The translations under genes and the position numbers were made by a program. Of a DNA stretch of 49,862 nt, positions 1 to 8,712 are shown piece by piece; position 1 is the first letter of the stretch; every line of letters starts with the position of its first letter. Source of the stretch: Snowella sp. (GTDB lineage: Bacteria > Cyanobacteriota > Cyanobacteriia > Cyanobacteriales > Microcystaceae); NCBI GenBank assembly GCA_035285545.1, contig JAYKGY010000063.1, positions 1 through 49,862 of the forward strand. Reading direction: 5' to 3'. The notes beneath the pieces are model-generated. The model saw only the letters and a list, made by a program, of their open reading frames with translations, had not been told where the DNA came from and did not search any database.

Positions 1-127
1 CCGCTATTGTGTGTGATAACCCACGCTTATGGATTCATGGAATCCTTTCATAGCGAGCCTTTCACGGTTATCTTTTCTAGATTAGTGATTAGTATGAACC
101 ATTTTCCACACAGTTAAGGGGAGAGCC
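1..127. mobile_element. Probable terminus of a second IS (ISL3-like GGCTCT end) inserted into the IS1 transposase
   Basis: IS1 coding similarity (GAT AAA TTT TCT GCG GTG CCT CGT = DKFSAVPR) begins abruptly at 128. The reverse complement ending at 127 reads GGCTCTCCCCTTAACTGTG, and a GGCTCT start is typical of ISL3-family inverted repeats. Confidence 0.4.
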
Positions 128-630
128 GATAAATTTTCTGCGGTGCCTCGTCAGGTAAGCATTTCCCAAAAAGCACGAGGGAAATTGACTATCGAATGTG
201 ATGAACTTTGGTCATTTGTTTTCTCGAAAGAAAATAAGTTTTATGCCTGGCTAGCCATAGATAGAAAAACCAGAGAAATTGTAGGCTGTTACATTGGAGA
301 CAGAAGCCGTGCATCAGCCAAGAAACTATGGGCAAGTCTGCCTGCTGTTTACCGACAATGTGCCGTTGCTTATACAGATTTTTGGGTATCCTATGAGAAG
401 GTTATTCCGAGTAAACGTCATCGGGCAGTCGGGAAAGAGACAGATCAAACTAATCATGTTGAAAGATTAAATAATACCTTGCGACAACGCATTTCTCGAC
501 TGGTGCAAAAAAGTCTCTCTTTTTCTAAAAATTTCAAAAATCATATCGGGGCAATTTGGTACTTTATACACGACTACAATGCCCGATTAGCAAAGGCTTA
601 AGCCTCCACCACTACTATCGAATCACTACC
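128..630 (+). mobile_element. IS1-family insertion sequence, 3' part including right terminal inverted repeat (5'-truncated)
   Basis: Carries the InsB ORF and ends in ...ACTACTATCGAATCACTACC (reverse complement GGTAGTG...), a GGT-type IS1 end. The same end occurs inverted at 49738. Confidence 0.9.
143..601 (+). pseudogene. insB: IS1-family transposase InsB (DDE) portion; InsA N-terminal part absent from the window or interrupted
   Basis: Motifs ECDELWSFV, WLAIDR.TREIVG, YTDFW.SY and TNHVERLNNTLRQR.SRLV.KSLSFSK are characteristic of cyanobacterial IS1 InsB. Confidence 0.9.
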
Positions 631-1064
631 CAATCTTTAACGATGTATTCCTGATCGTGGATTGTAATCGTCGCTCCTGATTCAATGCGAGTCCATTTTC
701 TCTGGCAGTCAGTCAAGGGTTCCATGCTGTGTAACGTGATAACAAAAAGATATAGAGAGGAGCTTACAAGAAAATACTTGTTTTTTTATACTTAGGTGCT
801 TTTCTTTACGGCAACAATTATTGTATTGTACCAAAACAATTTACAGATCGGGTTAAACACAGAGGATATTTGATAAAGCGTTTTTTATAACGAAACAATA
901 AGGGTTTCAGACACTTTTTCAATGAAAAAATAGGGGGGTCAGAGATCGAGAAAGACTTTTCAAATGCCCTCTTATTGTCAGCGAAAAAAATGGCTATGAA
1001 GCAAAACTCTTCGGTTTTCGACGAGATGTATGGGACAGCTTTCTCGGCGATCGCCTAGAAAATT

Positions 1065-2075
1065 TCAGAGCAAAGCTAGCTTAAGAATGTATTCAAAAAA
1101 GAGATTAACTAGCCAAGCCAAGACAACCGAGATCGCCATGTATACATAAATATTTTGATCAGCATAAAGAATACTGTCATTCACATAAGACATTAGGGCT
1201 AAAATAATCAATAGACTACTACCCAGAAAGGGTAAAATGCTGGAATCCAAGGCAATAAATAAGAGGTCTATTCCCCAAACATATATTGTGCTTAAGCAAA
1301 GGGTTAAAGCATAGCGGTCTAGACCAATAATAAAACTCCAACGACAAATCCATTGGGTTAGCCAACGAATGAGAATAAATCCCAGAAAAAAGAGGTAACA
1401 GCCGACAGGAGAAACCAGTAAAGCGACAATGAAGGGAGCAATCAGATAACCGCCAGAGCGAATTTTTTTAAAATAATAAATCAAGTAACTGGTCACTAAT
1501 GTAATCGTTAAAGACAAGGGAGAATAAGCAATATCAATATGTTCTTTGCCCCTGGTGATAGGATAAATGCTATTCATTTCTACTTGAAAAAGAGAGCCAA
1601 AAACAAAGTAAATTAATACAACAACGGCTAGGGTTAATCCACTACAAATGGCAATACCTCGAAGGACAAGGGGTTTCTTTTGGCGAATCATCACATTGCA
1701 AACGACTGCCGGGCCAAAGGAGCCAATCAAATTATCCAGTTCGGGATTTATGATACCCAAGTCCATATAAATTAATCCGATGCTTCCGCCTAAAATTAAT
1801 GACATTATTCCCAAAATATAAAGGGGAGTCCGACGCAGGGCGTAGGTTTTCATAAAAAATTGACGATAAATAGCATCAATAATAATGGTTATGACGATTA
1901 ACGTTAATAACCAGAGAGGGGACATCAACCCAGAGATAATGATTAACCCAGGAATAATTACCCCACCGGGTAAAATATTATAGATATTTTTATAAACAAT
2001 GGAAATAATTGCCCCGACCATTAACGTTAGGCGATAAATTTCTGGGGTATTAAAATTTTCGATGAGCATATCCAA
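1065..2075 (-). CDS. capC: Poly-gamma-glutamate biosynthesis membrane protein CapC/PgsC-like, with two tandem CapC-type repeats
   Basis: Very hydrophobic 336 aa protein. The first half has the CapC-like NILPGGVIIPGL and IGSFGPAVVCNVMIRQ; the second half repeats the pattern (KIRSGGYLIAPF). It lies directly downstream of capB. Confidence 0.75.
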   Translation of the reverse strand: MDMLIENFNTPEIYRLTLMVGAIISIVYKNIYNILPGGVIIPGLIIISGLMSPLWLLTLIVITIIIDAIYRQFFMKTYALRRTPLYILGIMSLILGGSIGLIYMDLGIINPELDNLIGSFGPAVVCNVMIRQKKPLVLRGIAICSGLTLAVVVLIYFVFGSLFQVEMNSIYPITRGKEHIDIAYSPLSLTITLVTSYLIYYFKKIRSGGYLIAPFIVALLVSPVGCYLFFLGFILIRWLTQWICRWSFIIGLDRYALTLCLSTIYVWGIDLLFIALDSSILPFLGSSLLIILALMSYVNDSILYADQNIYVYMAISVVLAWLVNLFFEYILKLALL

Positions 2076-2150
2076 TCAGTTTTTAGATAACTAATAGCTT
2101 GAAAAGGTAAGATTTTTTCAAAATTAATATAATTCGGTACTTGATCATCT

Positions 2151-3377
2151 TCAGGATTCATCGGATTCTTCCTGAATATTACTGAGATTGGTCTGGGAGG
2201 CAAAAAATTCCAGGAGGGTTTCTGCTTGATGAGTATGGATGTTGACGGCTCCGACTAGCAAAATATTAGGATTATCTAAGGTTTCGACCATTTTTCCTAA
2301 TAGTGCTTTTCCTTCAAGATCTTTAAAGGGGCTTGAATTGCCTAAGAAAATTAATTTTTCTACAGAAATTGCAGTTGCACAGATTTGCTTGACTTCGGAT
2401 TCATAATCCCCAAAGGTAACAATGCGATCAAAATTTAAAGCGATCGCCAATTCAGCAAAAAAAACGACACGGGTTGGACGGTCTAAACGATTATTCAGAA
2501 TAACAATGGTGGCATAGCCGGGTAGTTTTTCAAATAATTTTTCGCAAACATCCACAAAACTTTCGCGGTCATTAATGGCAAATAGATTCGCCCAGGCAAT
2601 ATTTTTCTGATATAAGGAGATGTATTGAATTTGAAATGCACCGGGATCACTGACACAGGCTTGCATCGCTTTTAAGGCTCTATTTAGGGGAAGATTGATT
2701 AACTTGGCAATTTCATAACCGATCGCCACATTTTCCTTATGGGCAAAGTGGGTAAATCCTTGTAAATCCTCATCGGCTACTTGACTGACATCAGCAAGGA
2801 TAAATTTGCTATTTTTTTGCTGGGCTTTTTCCCAAAGAATTTTTAACAATTGGGGGTCACTTTCGACAGTTAAGACAATGCCATTATGGGGAATTGTGAC
2901 GGATAGCGAACGAGCAATTTCCGGTAAAGTTTCTCCTAAATATTCAGGGTGATCATAACGAATATTTGTAATAATATTAATATGAGAATCCATCACTTTT
3001 TCTTCTAGCCATTGGGCATAGGTCGGATTGACAGCCATGCATTCCATGACGATCACTTCTGCTTTTTGGCGAAAAAACTGATTGAGAATTTGAATTTGTT
3101 CATTAACATTGGGATACCCTTTGCGTTTAAAATCTAAGTCCGATCCATCGGGTCGAAGAATTCGGGCAGCGGTGCCGGTAGTTTTGCCAAAGGTATGATA
3201 GCCGGCTTCCCGAAAGACAGCACTTACGTAACGAGTAACGGTGGATTTTCCCCGGATACCATTCACATGAACGCGACAATCAATTTGGGAACGTTGGGAT
3301 GTAAACTGCTGATAGAAAATTAATTTCCAAACGATGTATCCATAAAGACCTGTTAAAGCGACTAAAAAAATGCCCAT
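2151..3377 (-). CDS. capB: Poly-gamma-glutamate synthase CapB/PgsB (Mur-ligase family)
   Basis: N-terminal TM anchor followed by RVHVNGIRGKSTVTR (P-loop), GKTTGT, NVNEQ, ECMAVNP, ITNIRYDH, DPGA, FAIND and NNRLDRPTR, all PgsB signature segments. Confidence 0.9.
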   Translation of the reverse strand: MGIFLVALTGLYGYIVWKLIFYQQFTSQRSQIDCRVHVNGIRGKSTVTRYVSAVFREAGYHTFGKTTGTAARILRPDGSDLDFKRKGYPNVNEQIQILNQFFRQKAEVIVMECMAVNPTYAQWLEEKVMDSHINIITNIRYDHPEYLGETLPEIARSLSVTIPHNGIVLTVESDPQLLKILWEKAQQKNSKFILADVSQVADEDLQGFTHFAHKENVAIGYEIAKLINLPLNRALKAMQACVSDPGAFQIQYISLYQKNIAWANLFAINDRESFVDVCEKLFEKLPGYATIVILNNRLDRPTRVVFFAELAIALNFDRIVTFGDYESEVKQICATAISVEKLIFLGNSSPFKDLEGKALLGKMVETLDNPNILLVGAVNIHTHQAETLLEFFASQTNLSNIQEESDES

Positions 3378-3721
3378 AGAGTGGTTGTGTCTTTGCTGAT
3401 TGTTCAGACAGGCTAGAGGTTTATCCCCTGCGGAGTCTGCGAGTAAGTCCTGACAGAGCCAAGATTTGGGGATAATGAGTCCCTTGATCTCCGATAAGTT
3501 ATAGGGTTGTAATATTTTCCTCTAGTTTGAGTTGCTATGGTCAATCTTACCCCCAACCCCAGTTATCCCGTTGTAATTGTGATTGAGATCACGATCGCCG
3601 ATCTTGTAGGATATGTCCCACACACCTTTTACTAACGCCATTGCGAGGTGAAGAAGGGGTCACGAAAATCGAATTACTACCCAAATTTGCTTGGATAGGT
3701 TCTTTTTAAGCGCAATTCACC

Positions 3722-6700
3722 TTATTCCCACTCCTCCAAATCCCTTAACCAGTTGCGGATCAAATAGCTCAATTGTTCTCGACGGGTTTCAAAGGTGGCA
3801 GCAATCCAGATAAATCCTAACCCCATTAATAACCCAATAATCCACTTCAGTAATGAATATTCCAACACTAGAATAATCAGTTGGTAAAAGACGATTGCGA
3901 TAAAGATCACCGTCCCACCAAACAAAAAAGCCCGTATTCGCAGCCCTAAACCCGCAAAAATCAGTATTAAACCGCTTACACTAGGGTAAATTCCTGGTTG
4001 AAAGTGAAATACCAACGCGGTTAATCCGATCGCGCCTGTCCCCATTAAACGGATCAGATGACGGACTTCAAAACCAGAGTCTGTTTTACAAAAGGGATCA
4101 CACCAGGCAATATAAAACAACGAAAGACCGATTATTAGTCCGTATAAGAAAGGGATTTGAATTTTAAAATTTTCTAAAGCATGAAGAACTGCGATATCTA
4201 CTAATAAGAGGCTGAAATAACTTAATCTCGGTTGCTGACGAATGAAAGCTAACCCCCCATAAAAGCCCGCGATCGCCAAATAATTGAACGGATAAAACCC
4301 CTGCAAATTGGGAAGTAACCCCCCTAACGGTAATGCGATCGCCAACTGTCGCCAGGGCCGTACAGACCACTGCCAAGTCGCCCAGGGTAACCCATAGATC
4401 ACCATGCCAGCGATAGACGTGATAAAACCCCAATAGGGAAATAGCAGAACCCCTAAATCCCTCACAAAAGGAATCAGATAACTGCCATAAACCAAGAGCG
4501 CGATCGCCTGTCCAATCCCCCAATATGTCCAGTTTTCTAAAAATTCAGGGGCATCAGGATCACGACCTTGCCACAGGGCATAACGGGTTAAAAACAAGCC
4601 CGCACCGATCCCGATCCACGCATTGATTTGAACGGTTAAGACAGAAGCCATCAGCACAAAAACACTACCGATAAACCAATGAATATGGGCAAATCCGTTT
4701 AATTCATCGTCAGTAAAATTTAAATAATCCTTGAGCCAAGGAGCTAGCAGACGGTAGGCATACAGGATTCCCGTTGTCAGAGCGGCTAAGGCTAAGAGTT
4801 GATCTCCCATTGCCAATCCTGCCACTTGATAGAGCAAGAGTTCATAGGCCGAGACAGAAACGCCGATTAAGGCCAAATAGAGCAAGGGTTTCAACCCAGG
4901 GCGACGACGACCCACCCCCAGGGCAATCAGCACTAAACCCAAGGTGGTTAGACCTGTCCAACGGGTAAACAATCCCCACCGCAGACTCGCCCCCAAGGCC
5001 CCATAGAGTAAGGGCAAAATATGAAAACTACTGAGATACAACCTATCTTCAGACCGTCGTTGCCACCAATCGCCTAACCATTGCGTCACCAAACCCAACA
5101 CAATATTGGCGATCGCGAGGGCGACCAAAGACCGTCCTGCCCAACCTAAAATTTCCAAGGTTAATAACTCTACGGCCCAAGCCAAGGCATACACCACCTC
5201 ATTGCGGGGTTGCAATGCTGTACGATAGGCCAACGCCAACAGGGTTAGAACGGCGGCACTGATGGCAATAACTGAAGCAGGAATCAGGGATTGATATAAG
5301 AACAAAGAATGCAGGGTTAAACCCCCTAAGGCCAAACCACAACAGCCAACCCCCCAAATATCCAAGGCTTTAACGTAGGGGTCACCTATTAGTCGGGCCT
5401 GTCGGCGCAAGAGATCTCGTAATCCCCAAAGCGCGATCGCGGTCATAGCACTGATTAACAAACCCTCAGCAGAAAACCATCTTGGTGTAAACCCTTGTAG
5501 GATTTTGATTTCTAAAGCCAGCCCGATTCCAACGGTTATGAAAGCTGCAATCTCAGAAGCCAATCGGTATGTCTGTCCGACCATTACCCCCAACGCGATC
5601 ACCAAGCCCACGACATTCCAAACCGGCACAGACCACAGGAAAATCTGAGTGATAATTACCATCCCGATATTGAACCAATTGATTGTAGGTGACAGGGGAG
5701 CTTGCAGACTCCGATAGGCCGTTAACCCCATTAGCCCTAACCCCGTAAATCCAATCCAATTCGGCACTAAAACGGGATACAGAAACGGTAATAATCCCAC
5801 TGTTAACCCCGTCAAACTATAGGCCCAAACATCAGCCGCGTTCTGATACAATCCCGCTAAAATGGTACTTCGATAGGTCAGCCAGTGACGCAATCCCCAC
5901 AGCAACCCCATTAAGGCGATCGCTAACATTAGGACATGATCTAATCGCTGAATCGAAATCAGTTGAGCCACTTCCAAACCACTGACACAAAAGCCGATAA
6001 CGCCACCAAGGCTAATAATCGCCCTGAACTGAGTGGGATAGATGGCAGTATTCACTAAGAGAAATAAGGCCGCACTCCCCAACCCTAACCAACGAGAAAC
6101 GGGGTAAAAGAGCGTTAAACCCTGCCAAATGACGGATGCCCAAATCCCTACACGGCTGGCCCAGGGGCGTTGAGTCGGAATCCAGACCGCGATCGCTGTC
6201 CAACTCAGGGGAATCAATCCCCACAGTAACCCCCAAATAGTCGGAACAATCGGAGCTTGACCTAAAAGGGTAAATCCTAACCCAGCGGCCATTTGATGTA
6301 TGCCGAATAACCCATAGGCGATCGCTGCCAAGCCCAAACTGAAAGACTGAGCGGTTTCTGTCATCAATCCCAACCAACGGGGACGAATCAGCGGTTGAAT
6401 ACTCCACAGCATTTCCAATACGGCCAATTCCAACGACAGGATAGCCCAATGGCCAATCGTCATCTGAGGAAATAACCAATTAATCAAACATCCTAAGCTG
6501 AGTAAAACTCCACAATGACTATAAAACGCTAATGATTGGGCAGATTGGTTTGTTTCTGACGGATTTTCAGCTTGAGTAAGGGCTGCATTCTGGGTTCTAT
6601 GAATTAACAGCAGGGTAGAGCCAGCAACATTAATTGTGCGTAAACTCGCATTTGTTAAACTCATTAAGGCCAAAAATATTCCGAATATCAGCGCAACCTG

Positions 6701-8344
6701 ACGGGTTGTTTTAGCCAATGCAGATTGATGCTGTTGCTCGAAAACGTTAATGAACGTGACGGTCAGGGCCAAATAGGGCAAGAGAACAACACTGAGAAGG
6801 CGAAAGGTTTGATCGTCTAAGCCGGTTAATTGTTGCCCAAGGGCGATCGCGGCTGTTTGTAAACTCTCAGGCAGTAAACGCCACCCCACCCAAAACAGTT
6901 GCAATCCGATTAACCAAAGCGCGACCAAATCAATACTTTTTTGATAACGATAAAGCCGTCGAGTTAAAAATCCCGCTCCCAGCAAACTGCTCATCAATCC
7001 CTGCCAGGGAACCCCCCAAACGGAAACCAACCAACCCAGAGCAATTAATCCTCCCCCCAGCCAGTCCGAGAGGGATGATAAACGGTGGCGAAAAAGCTCA
7101 GTAGAACGCGGATCTCCGGTAGAATCAACCTGCCAAGCGATGAAGGTGCCAGCCAAGGCGATCGCGAGTCCTAACTGGGGTAGGGGAAGTTGGACAAAGA
7201 AAATGGCTCTGATGAATAAAATGCACAAGCCATAGACAATTAACGCGCCATTGAAACTAAAGGGCAAATTTCCCGTTAATAACCTTGATTCCGTTCTTTC
7301 AGTGTGTTTCCCCCAACGATATAAGGCCATTCCACTGCTTCCGACAATTCCCAAATAGCTGGCAACCCAAGGAATCCCCGCCATTGCCCAGCCCCACTGT
7401 AAATAACTCAGTCCTAAAAAATTCAACAATAACCAACGCTGTTGGTGTCCACTATTCAACAGTAATTGGGCAAGAAAGGTTAACGATCCGGCCGCGATCG
7501 CCATCAAAAAGCAACCCAGCCAACTATTCCACAATTGAAAACTATCCATCGCCACAAAATTGACGGGAATTAAGAGTAAGGTGATAATCCGCAATGCCTG
7601 GGAAGTCAGCCGTAAATGACTTTGACGAGTCGCCCAAACACTCGCCCCACAAAATCCCAAGGTATAAAACCATAAAATCCCGTACTGTCCCGTTGCCGGA
7701 AAGCGTTGCCACTGGCTCGCCGCCAAAACCCCAGAGGAGATTACCACCATAAAAACCCCCAAAAGCAGCAACCAAAAGACGCTTAATTCTGCTAGCAAAG
7801 ATTGCGTAATTTGGCTGAATTTGCTGGGAGGACGAGGATTGGGGGCAACGGGAACAATGGAAGGCTCAGGAAGAAGGGGGGACAAGGCTTCTTCCTCTTC
7901 TTGAAATTGGAAAGGGGAAGAGGGCGTTGCCAGAATGCGTGGGGGCTGACGAACAGGCTCAGGTAGGGGACTATTTAACACTGCGGCAACCTGTTTTTTA
8001 ATATCGGCTTCCGTGATTAACCCTAAATTGAGCCAGTGATCAATCCCGGTGAGTAATTGAGGATGATCTGCATTGACGGTAACTTCACAGATAATTTGGG
8101 CATTTTGCAGTAACCCAACGGTTGACCAGGCTTGCAATCCTTCTAAAATTTGAGCGTGATGAGTTTCGGTCTGGAGAGTTAACTGAAGGTCGGGTTCTCC
8201 CGCTTGGGTCACAACAATTTGCAGACGGCTTTCACTGGCTTTTAGCAGTTCCATTGATTGCCAAATGGTTAATCCTTTGATGAATTCTAGGGAAAGATTT
8301 GTTATCCGAATTTGTAAGAAAAAAGGATGTTTGGAGAAAACCAT
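3722..8344 (-). CDS. Large polytopic membrane protein (DUF2157-like); true start may be about 30 codons downstream
   Basis: 1540 aa with a Pro-rich linker and dozens of TM segments. Contains ELSVFWLLLLGVFMVVISSGVLAASQW and the C-terminal WIAATFETRREQ motif seen in cyanobacterial proteins of this type. Confidence 0.65.
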   Translation of the reverse strand: MVFSKHPFFLQIRITNLSLEFIKGLTIWQSMELLKASESRLQIVVTQAGEPDLQLTLQTETHHAQILEGLQAWSTVGLLQNAQIICEVTVNADHPQLLTGIDHWLNLGLITEADIKKQVAAVLNSPLPEPVRQPPRILATPSSPFQFQEEEEALSPLLPEPSIVPVAPNPRPPSKFSQITQSLLAELSVFWLLLLGVFMVVISSGVLAASQWQRFPATGQYGILWFYTLGFCGASVWATRQSHLRLTSQALRIITLLLIPVNFVAMDSFQLWNSWLGCFLMAIAAGSLTFLAQLLLNSGHQQRWLLLNFLGLSYLQWGWAMAGIPWVASYLGIVGSSGMALYRWGKHTERTESRLLTGNLPFSFNGALIVYGLCILFIRAIFFVQLPLPQLGLAIALAGTFIAWQVDSTGDPRSTELFRHRLSSLSDWLGGGLIALGWLVSVWGVPWQGLMSSLLGAGFLTRRLYRYQKSIDLVALWLIGLQLFWVGWRLLPESLQTAAIALGQQLTGLDDQTFRLLSVVLLPYLALTVTFINVFEQQHQSALAKTTRQVALIFGIFLALMSLTNASLRTINVAGSTLLLIHRTQNAALTQAENPSETNQSAQSLAFYSHCGVLLSLGCLINWLFPQMTIGHWAILSLELAVLEMLWSIQPLIRPRWLGLMTETAQSFSLGLAAIAYGLFGIHQMAAGLGFTLLGQAPIVPTIWGLLWGLIPLSWTAIAVWIPTQRPWASRVGIWASVIWQGLTLFYPVSRWLGLGSAALFLLVNTAIYPTQFRAIISLGGVIGFCVSGLEVAQLISIQRLDHVLMLAIALMGLLWGLRHWLTYRSTILAGLYQNAADVWAYSLTGLTVGLLPFLYPVLVPNWIGFTGLGLMGLTAYRSLQAPLSPTINWFNIGMVIITQIFLWSVPVWNVVGLVIALGVMVGQTYRLASEIAAFITVGIGLALEIKILQGFTPRWFSAEGLLISAMTAIALWGLRDLLRRQARLIGDPYVKALDIWGVGCCGLALGGLTLHSLFLYQSLIPASVIAISAAVLTLLALAYRTALQPRNEVVYALAWAVELLTLEILGWAGRSLVALAIANIVLGLVTQWLGDWWQRRSEDRLYLSSFHILPLLYGALGASLRWGLFTRWTGLTTLGLVLIALGVGRRRPGLKPLLYLALIGVSVSAYELLLYQVAGLAMGDQLLALAALTTGILYAYRLLAPWLKDYLNFTDDELNGFAHIHWFIGSVFVLMASVLTVQINAWIGIGAGLFLTRYALWQGRDPDAPEFLENWTYWGIGQAIALLVYGSYLIPFVRDLGVLLFPYWGFITSIAGMVIYGLPWATWQWSVRPWRQLAIALPLGGLLPNLQGFYPFNYLAIAGFYGGLAFIRQQPRLSYFSLLLVDIAVLHALENFKIQIPFLYGLIIGLSLFYIAWCDPFCKTDSGFEVRHLIRLMGTGAIGLTALVFHFQPGIYPSVSGLILIFAGLGLRIRAFLFGGTVIFIAIVFYQLIILVLEYSLLKWIIGLLMGLGFIWIAATFETRREQLSYLIRNWLRDLEEWE

Positions 8345-8712
8345 AATTTAGCCTAGATTAAACCCTGTGACCTTTCTTTAGAATACTCAATGGGACAAAA
8401 GAGCGAACAAATTAAATTCAACTACTTCCAAATCAACATCTATTTTTATTTAAGAAATACTTTTTAAAAATAACAAAAATTTGTTTAAATTAGAGTTTAA
8501 TCTCAATAAAAATTCATGTATTCTCTTGTCAATCTTCAATATTTAGCTAGTCTAACGATCTTGATTTCTTGATTTTTGAATTTCTTGGCTGCTTAATTTC
8601 AATTTTCTGATAGCATAGGTTTTAACTAGCTTTAAAAAGCGGCTCTTTCTCCGTAAAATAGCCCGATCAATTTGGTAGCAAAAGATCTAAGCAATTTTTA
8701 AACGAACAGCCA

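Noticed and set aside
4164..7775. Several 60-155 aa alternative-frame ORFs inside the large membrane protein gene (and similar shadow ORFs within ycf46, pil genes, purH and tpsB)
   Set aside because: They overlap well-supported genes, lack recognisable motifs and are expected by chance.
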